Below the pieces are notes generated by a model. That model made no database searches and was not told the DNA's origin. It saw only the letters and a list, made by a program, of their open reading frames with translations. Below are positions 59,731 through 64,000 of a stretch of 64,000 nucleotides of DNA, one piece after another. Where the stretch lies: assembly GCA_041657885.1 (NCBI GenBank), contig JBBABB010000002.1, positions 25,483 to 89,482 of the forward strand, written 5' to 3'. This stretch comes from Minisyncoccota bacterium (lineage in GTDB: Bacteria > Patescibacteriota > Minisyncoccia > Phycocordibacterales > UBA9973). A program made the translations under genes and the position numbers. Positions within the stretch are counted from its first letter, which is position 1. The number at the start of each line of letters is the position of its first letter.

Positions 59731-60711
59731 ATGAAAATCTTTCTCGTCGGATTTTTTATTCTGGGGATAATAAATATCCCTTATATTTCTTCAGCTGAAA
59801 TGCAAATTGAAGTGCAGGAAGGAGAAATAAACGTGGAAACAAGTCCAAACAATCCACAACCATACCAAGATGTAACAATCAATCTATCTAGTTATGCAAC
59901 CGATTTAAACAAAGCAACAATAATGTGGCAAGCGGAATCGGGAGTTGTTCTATCTGGGATAGGTAAAACGAGTTATTCTTTTAAAGCTCTAGGCCCAAAT
60001 ACCATCACTGTTTTTAATATCAGTGTTACCCCAGCAGGCTCTATGAACACAATAAATAAGAGGGTGGTTATTGCTCCATCTGAAATTGAAGTTATGTGGG
60101 AATCTGCTGACGGATATACTCCGCCTTTTTATAGAGGGAAGTCTCTTCCAATTAGTGGTGCAGTGATAAGAGCTGTGGCAATTCCAAATACAAACACAAT
60201 AAAATCTGGTAGTGGAAGTATTACCTATACGTGGAAAAATGGTGACAACACAGTACTTGAAGCTTCTGGATATAATAAAAATGCTTATGTATTTAAAAAT
60301 AGTATGTTTGATGAGAAAAATACGATAACGGTAATCGCTTCGTCAGTCAGTGGGGATTATGGGGCAGAAAACACAATAGATATACCACTCTATCAACCTA
60401 AAATAATTTTTTATAAAAAATCACCAACAGATGGTGTTCTTTATAATAAAGCTCTTGATAAAGAAACTGCTATGCCTGAAGATGAAATGACAATCGTGGG
60501 TGAACCATATTTTTTATCTATCAAAGGGAAAGAAGGTTCTTTTAATTACAACTGGAAAATAAATGGGAGTAGTATACAAACACCAACAAAGAAAACAGAA
60601 TTAACAATAAGGCCAAATTCTCGTGGAGGATATGCTACTATAAGTTTAGTAATTGAAAATATAAATGAATTATTCCAAAGTGTTAGTAATCAGCTAAAAA
60701 TCAATCTTTAA
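59731..60711 (+). CDS. Secreted Ig-like protein
   Basis: Signal peptide from MKIFLVG; YTPPFYRGKSLP; repeated Y.W..N beta modules. Confidence 0.75.
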   Translation: MKIFLVGFFILGIINIPYISSAEMQIEVQEGEINVETSPNNPQPYQDVTINLSSYATDLNKATIMWQAESGVVLSGIGKTSYSFKALGPNTITVFNISVTPAGSMNTINKRVVIAPSEIEVMWESADGYTPPFYRGKSLPISGAVIRAVAIPNTNTIKSGSGSITYTWKNGDNTVLEASGYNKNAYVFKNSMFDEKNTITVIASSVSGDYGAENTIDIPLYQPKIIFYKKSPTDGVLYNKALDKETAMPEDEMTIVGEPYFLSIKGKEGSFNYNWKINGSSIQTPTKKTELTIRPNSRGGYATISLVIENINELFQSVSNQLKINL

Positions 60712-60712
60712 T

Positions 60713-61981
60713 ATGAAAAAAAATGAAAATAAAAATATTTATGGAGTAGTTGGCGGGTTTTTCCTTTCTATTTTTATAATATTTCCTTTTTTTGTAACAT
60801 TAAAAGCGGAAGCTGTAACCACATTTTATGAGTATATTAATGTGGGAGGGGTACAAAGTAGAATTTGTGGAATGAAATATGAAGCGATGTGTAATATTGC
60901 TTTACAACAAATCCCTGGATGTGAAAAATTTTCATGCTCAAAAACTTCGCAACTAGATAATTATATTTGTGTTAGTGCAATTCCTCCTATTTGTCCCAAA
61001 GACGAGGTGCAAACAGTTGACCCTCAAAAAGACACCCCAAAAAGTGATGTTTATACATTTCTCGCTCCTTTAACAGAAGAAAAAACAGCACCAAATAATA
61101 TTGGAGATTATTTTAATTGGATATTTACTTTAGCCATAGGTCTTTGTGGTGCCCTTGCTGTTATTATGATTGTGATAGGAGGAGTAACATATATGGGAAG
61201 TGAATCTATTTTTGGCAAAACAGAGGCAAAGAAACAAATAACAAATGCAATACTGGGTTTATTGATTGCTCTTGGGGCTTTTGCACTACTTAATACTATT
61301 AATCCAGACCTTCTGAAAACCGATATTAATATAAAGCAAGTTAGTGCAGAGATAGTAAACTTTGATGTTTCTGGATCAGCAACGTTTGATGGGAAGCCCA
61401 TTAAAATCAATTTCAATAAAGAGGCTTACCCGGCTGCAAAAATCGCTTCAGAAAAAACAGGTGTTGAGACCGCTTTTATTCTAGCTATGTTTGCCCAAGA
61501 AACTGGCAGTGGAAGTAATACCGGGGGTTGTAATTATTCAAGTGCAAATATGGGGAGCGGTCAATTAGATTCCCTAAAGACAGTTGCAACTAGTTTGGGT
61601 CTTGATTATACAAAAATAAATATGTCTTGTAGTGGAGGAGGTAGTTCTCATGGAGGAGCGATAGGATATACTCAATTTCTCCCAGGCACATGGCTTCTAT
61701 ATCGTGCCGAGGCAAAACAATTGCTAGGGCATGAACCAAATCCATGGAACACTGCTGATGCTCTGATGATGACAGCTTTATTCCTAAAGAGGAATGGGGG
61801 TGCTGGTTCTAATCCTGCTAGTCAAGAAGCGGCGGCGTGTAAATATTTCGGTAGTTGTTCTGTGGTTGTTAGTTGCGGGGGTGGAAAAACAGGGACTTAC
61901 GGACAATGTATAATGGGTAAAAAATTGAGTATACAACAACAGATAGATGAGGCAATTAAAAATGGAGAAATAAATAAATAA
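60713..61981 (+). CDS. VirB2/TrbC-like pilin fused to a lytic transglycosylase-like domain
   Basis: LAVIMIVIGGVTYM...AKKQITNAILGLLIAL...LLNTINPDLL; AMFAQET...GAIGYTQFLPGTW...NPWN..DA. Confidence 0.82.
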   Translation: MKKNENKNIYGVVGGFFLSIFIIFPFFVTLKAEAVTTFYEYINVGGVQSRICGMKYEAMCNIALQQIPGCEKFSCSKTSQLDNYICVSAIPPICPKDEVQTVDPQKDTPKSDVYTFLAPLTEEKTAPNNIGDYFNWIFTLAIGLCGALAVIMIVIGGVTYMGSESIFGKTEAKKQITNAILGLLIALGAFALLNTINPDLLKTDINIKQVSAEIVNFDVSGSATFDGKPIKINFNKEAYPAAKIASEKTGVETAFILAMFAQETGSGSNTGGCNYSSANMGSGQLDSLKTVATSLGLDYTKINMSCSGGGSSHGGAIGYTQFLPGTWLLYRAEAKQLLGHEPNPWNTADALMMTALFLKRNGGAGSNPASQEAAACKYFGSCSVVVSCGGGKTGTYGQCIMGKKLSIQQQIDEAIKNGEINK

Positions 61982-61982
61982 C

Positions 61983-63458
61983 ATGTCTAAAAAAACAATT
62001 ATCATTTTTATATCAGTGTTTGCAATCGTCGGAGCGATAATTTTCGGCGTTATTTCATTAATAAATAAAAAAAATAGTAATACCACAGACAATACAACTC
62101 CCTGGTATCAAAGCTTCAATCCATTTGGAACAGGTACACAAGACACCAATAATACTGGTGAACAATCAACAGACACAGAAGGACAGGGAACAACAGAAAC
62201 AAAAACTTCTAGGTTTTATCAAATAACAGATTTTGCTATAGCTGGGGCAACATTTCTAGAAGATACAAGACCAATATTTTACAACGAAACCACTCCAGAG
62301 CCAGAACCAATCAAAACAGTAATCAATGCTGACACAAAAGAGGGGAGAAAAGAAATTCAAATATTTTTAAATAAAGCATTATCTTTAACACCACCACTTG
62401 TAGTTGACGGGAGTTTTGGAAAATTAGCAATTCAAGCCATAAAAGATTTTCAAGAATTAAATGGGCTTACTATTACTGGTAAGATTGACACAGAAACTGC
62501 TCCATTTTTCACAAAGACAACTACTGCAGTTGTAGAGAAAAACCAATACGAGCAAGCTCCATCTGTAAGATATACAGGAAGAATGAACGGCCATATTTAT
62601 AAAATGTTCCTAGATACAAAGATAGAGGAGAAAATTTCAAACTCTACCATACCGGGTATTTATGAAGCATTTTTCAATAATATTGCAAACACTGTTATAT
62701 ATAGATATCTTTCTTCGGATAATTCAATAAGCAGTTTTACGGCAACTCTCGGAGAACCCAAGGGGGAATTTTTACCAAAAGATATTTCGGATTTGATCAC
62801 ATCTCCAGATAAAATAAAATTTTTCTATTTAACAGAAAATAGTAACGGGATATCGGGTGTCGTTAAAAATTTCGGGGATACAAAAATGAGTGTCGTGTTC
62901 AGTTCACCACTCACGGAGTGGCTATCGCAATGGGCAAACAACAAAGATATATATCTAACAACAAAAGCATCGTATGGTGTTGATGGGAGTGTTTTCCTCT
63001 TAAATATGACAAACAAAACAATTTCTAAAATATTTGGCGGAGTAAAGGGCCTCACAACATTGGTCAATCCAAATAGTTCTCTGGTCTTATATAGCGTAGC
63101 GACGGGTACTGGGCCAAGGCTTGGGATTTTTGACATAACAAAACATACAACAAAAGATTTAGGAATATATGGTTTACCTGAAAAATGTATTTGGTCCAGC
63201 GACAATATTACAATTTATTGTGCCTTACCAAACGTTATTACTGGCAATCAATACCCAGATTATTGGTATCAAGGGTTAATATCTTTTGATGATTATTTTA
63301 TAAAAATGGACACCACATCAAGCGGGACGACGACAATAGCAAATTCAACCAACGAAACACCGATAGATGGCACACACCTATTCTTAAGTGATAAAGAGGA
63401 CACACTATTCTTCACAAATAAAAAGGACTCCACACTGTGGAGCTTGAACTTAAGGTAA
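61983..63458 (+). CDS. Membrane-anchored protein with a peptidoglycan-binding domain and probable beta-propeller
   Basis: IQIFLN...VDGSFG..AIQAIKDFQ..NGL..TGKID; LPEKCIWS; YPDYWYQG. Confidence 0.78.
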   Translation: MSKKTIIIFISVFAIVGAIIFGVISLINKKNSNTTDNTTPWYQSFNPFGTGTQDTNNTGEQSTDTEGQGTTETKTSRFYQITDFAIAGATFLEDTRPIFYNETTPEPEPIKTVINADTKEGRKEIQIFLNKALSLTPPLVVDGSFGKLAIQAIKDFQELNGLTITGKIDTETAPFFTKTTTAVVEKNQYEQAPSVRYTGRMNGHIYKMFLDTKIEEKISNSTIPGIYEAFFNNIANTVIYRYLSSDNSISSFTATLGEPKGEFLPKDISDLITSPDKIKFFYLTENSNGISGVVKNFGDTKMSVVFSSPLTEWLSQWANNKDIYLTTKASYGVDGSVFLLNMTNKTISKIFGGVKGLTTLVNPNSSLVLYSVATGTGPRLGIFDITKHTTKDLGIYGLPEKCIWSSDNITIYCALPNVITGNQYPDYWYQGLISFDDYFIKMDTTSSGTTTIANSTNETPIDGTHLFLSDKEDTLFFTNKKDSTLWSLNLR

Positions 63459-63461
63459 TTG

Positions 63462-63932
63462 CTATATACTACTATCCACGTATTTAATAACAACCCGTCG
63501 AGTTGAGCCATACCCCTCTGATTCTGTTTTAATATCTTTAGCGCCTTCTAAAAACATATGGACAATTTTTCTCTCATAGGCAGGCATTGGATCAATCTCA
63601 ATATTGCTCTTAAAATAGCGAGCACGTTCTGCCATCATGTGAGCAATATTTTTTAAATTTTCAAAACGCTTTTTCTGATAACCATTAACATCAATAAAAA
63701 TAGTTGGACCCTTTTCTTCGGTTTCAACTACATCTTTTTTTACTATTTTTTGAACAAGATGATTTAAAGAGCGTAGTGTTTCTCCATCTCGCCCAATAAT
63801 GAAACCAGAATCAGGAGTTTCTATCATGCACCAAAGCATTCCATTTTCATTAGAAAATTCAAGTTTAGAAATAACACACGACGCGTGTTTAAAAATTTGC
63901 TCTATAGCTTCTTTTATCTTGTCTTCTTGCAT
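63462..63932 (-). CDS. jag: Jag/KhpB-type KH plus R3H RNA-binding protein
   Basis: IIGRDGETL (KH), PMPAYERKIVH (R3H), TESEG. Confidence 0.9.
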   Translation of the reverse strand: MQEDKIKEAIEQIFKHASCVISKLEFSNENGMLWCMIETPDSGFIIGRDGETLRSLNHLVQKIVKKDVVETEEKGPTIFIDVNGYQKKRFENLKNIAHMMAERARYFKSNIEIDPMPAYERKIVHMFLEGAKDIKTESEGYGSTRRVVIKYVDSSI

Positions 63933-64000
63933 TGTGTTTATTTTTAATTAAGCGACAGTTTTCGACGAATATACCACTCTTGAACAATAGTGAATATATT

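Noticed and set aside
1-64000. Alternative genetic code (TGA as Gly)
   Set aside because: Conserved genes translate full length with the standard code, and TGA ends genes at 6039 and 29386 next to terminators

Overview
AT-rich chromosomal segment whose gene content points to a Patescibacteria (CPR, Parcubacteria-like) genome; the taxon is inferred from gene content alone. It carries housekeeping genes (tuf, nusA, hppA, tig, clpP, rny, hup, cca, xth, Xer recombinase, rpsO, pnp, comM, pcrA, rsmA, jag), four tRNAs, large Cys/Thr-rich secreted surface proteins, an AbiE-type toxin-antitoxin pair, a Fic protein, and an approx. 18-kb type IV secretion-like operon (VirB6-like, PrgI, VirB4, pilin-lytic transglycosylase fusion). 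The most notable unexplained structure is a set of palindromic mobile-DNA-like families. (1) Seven elements have CCCCACACC...GGTGTGGGG terminal inverted repeats, most with 6-bp flanking direct repeats; one encloses only a small GIY-YIG nuclease gene and another looks like its internal-deletion derivative. (2) A PaaX/Cas2-like gene is bracketed by two 36-bp palindromic direct repeats. (3) At least 13 short palindromes from several families lie in-frame inside conserved enzymes (tig, cca, xth, Xer, pcrA, rsmA), several with intergenic sister copies.
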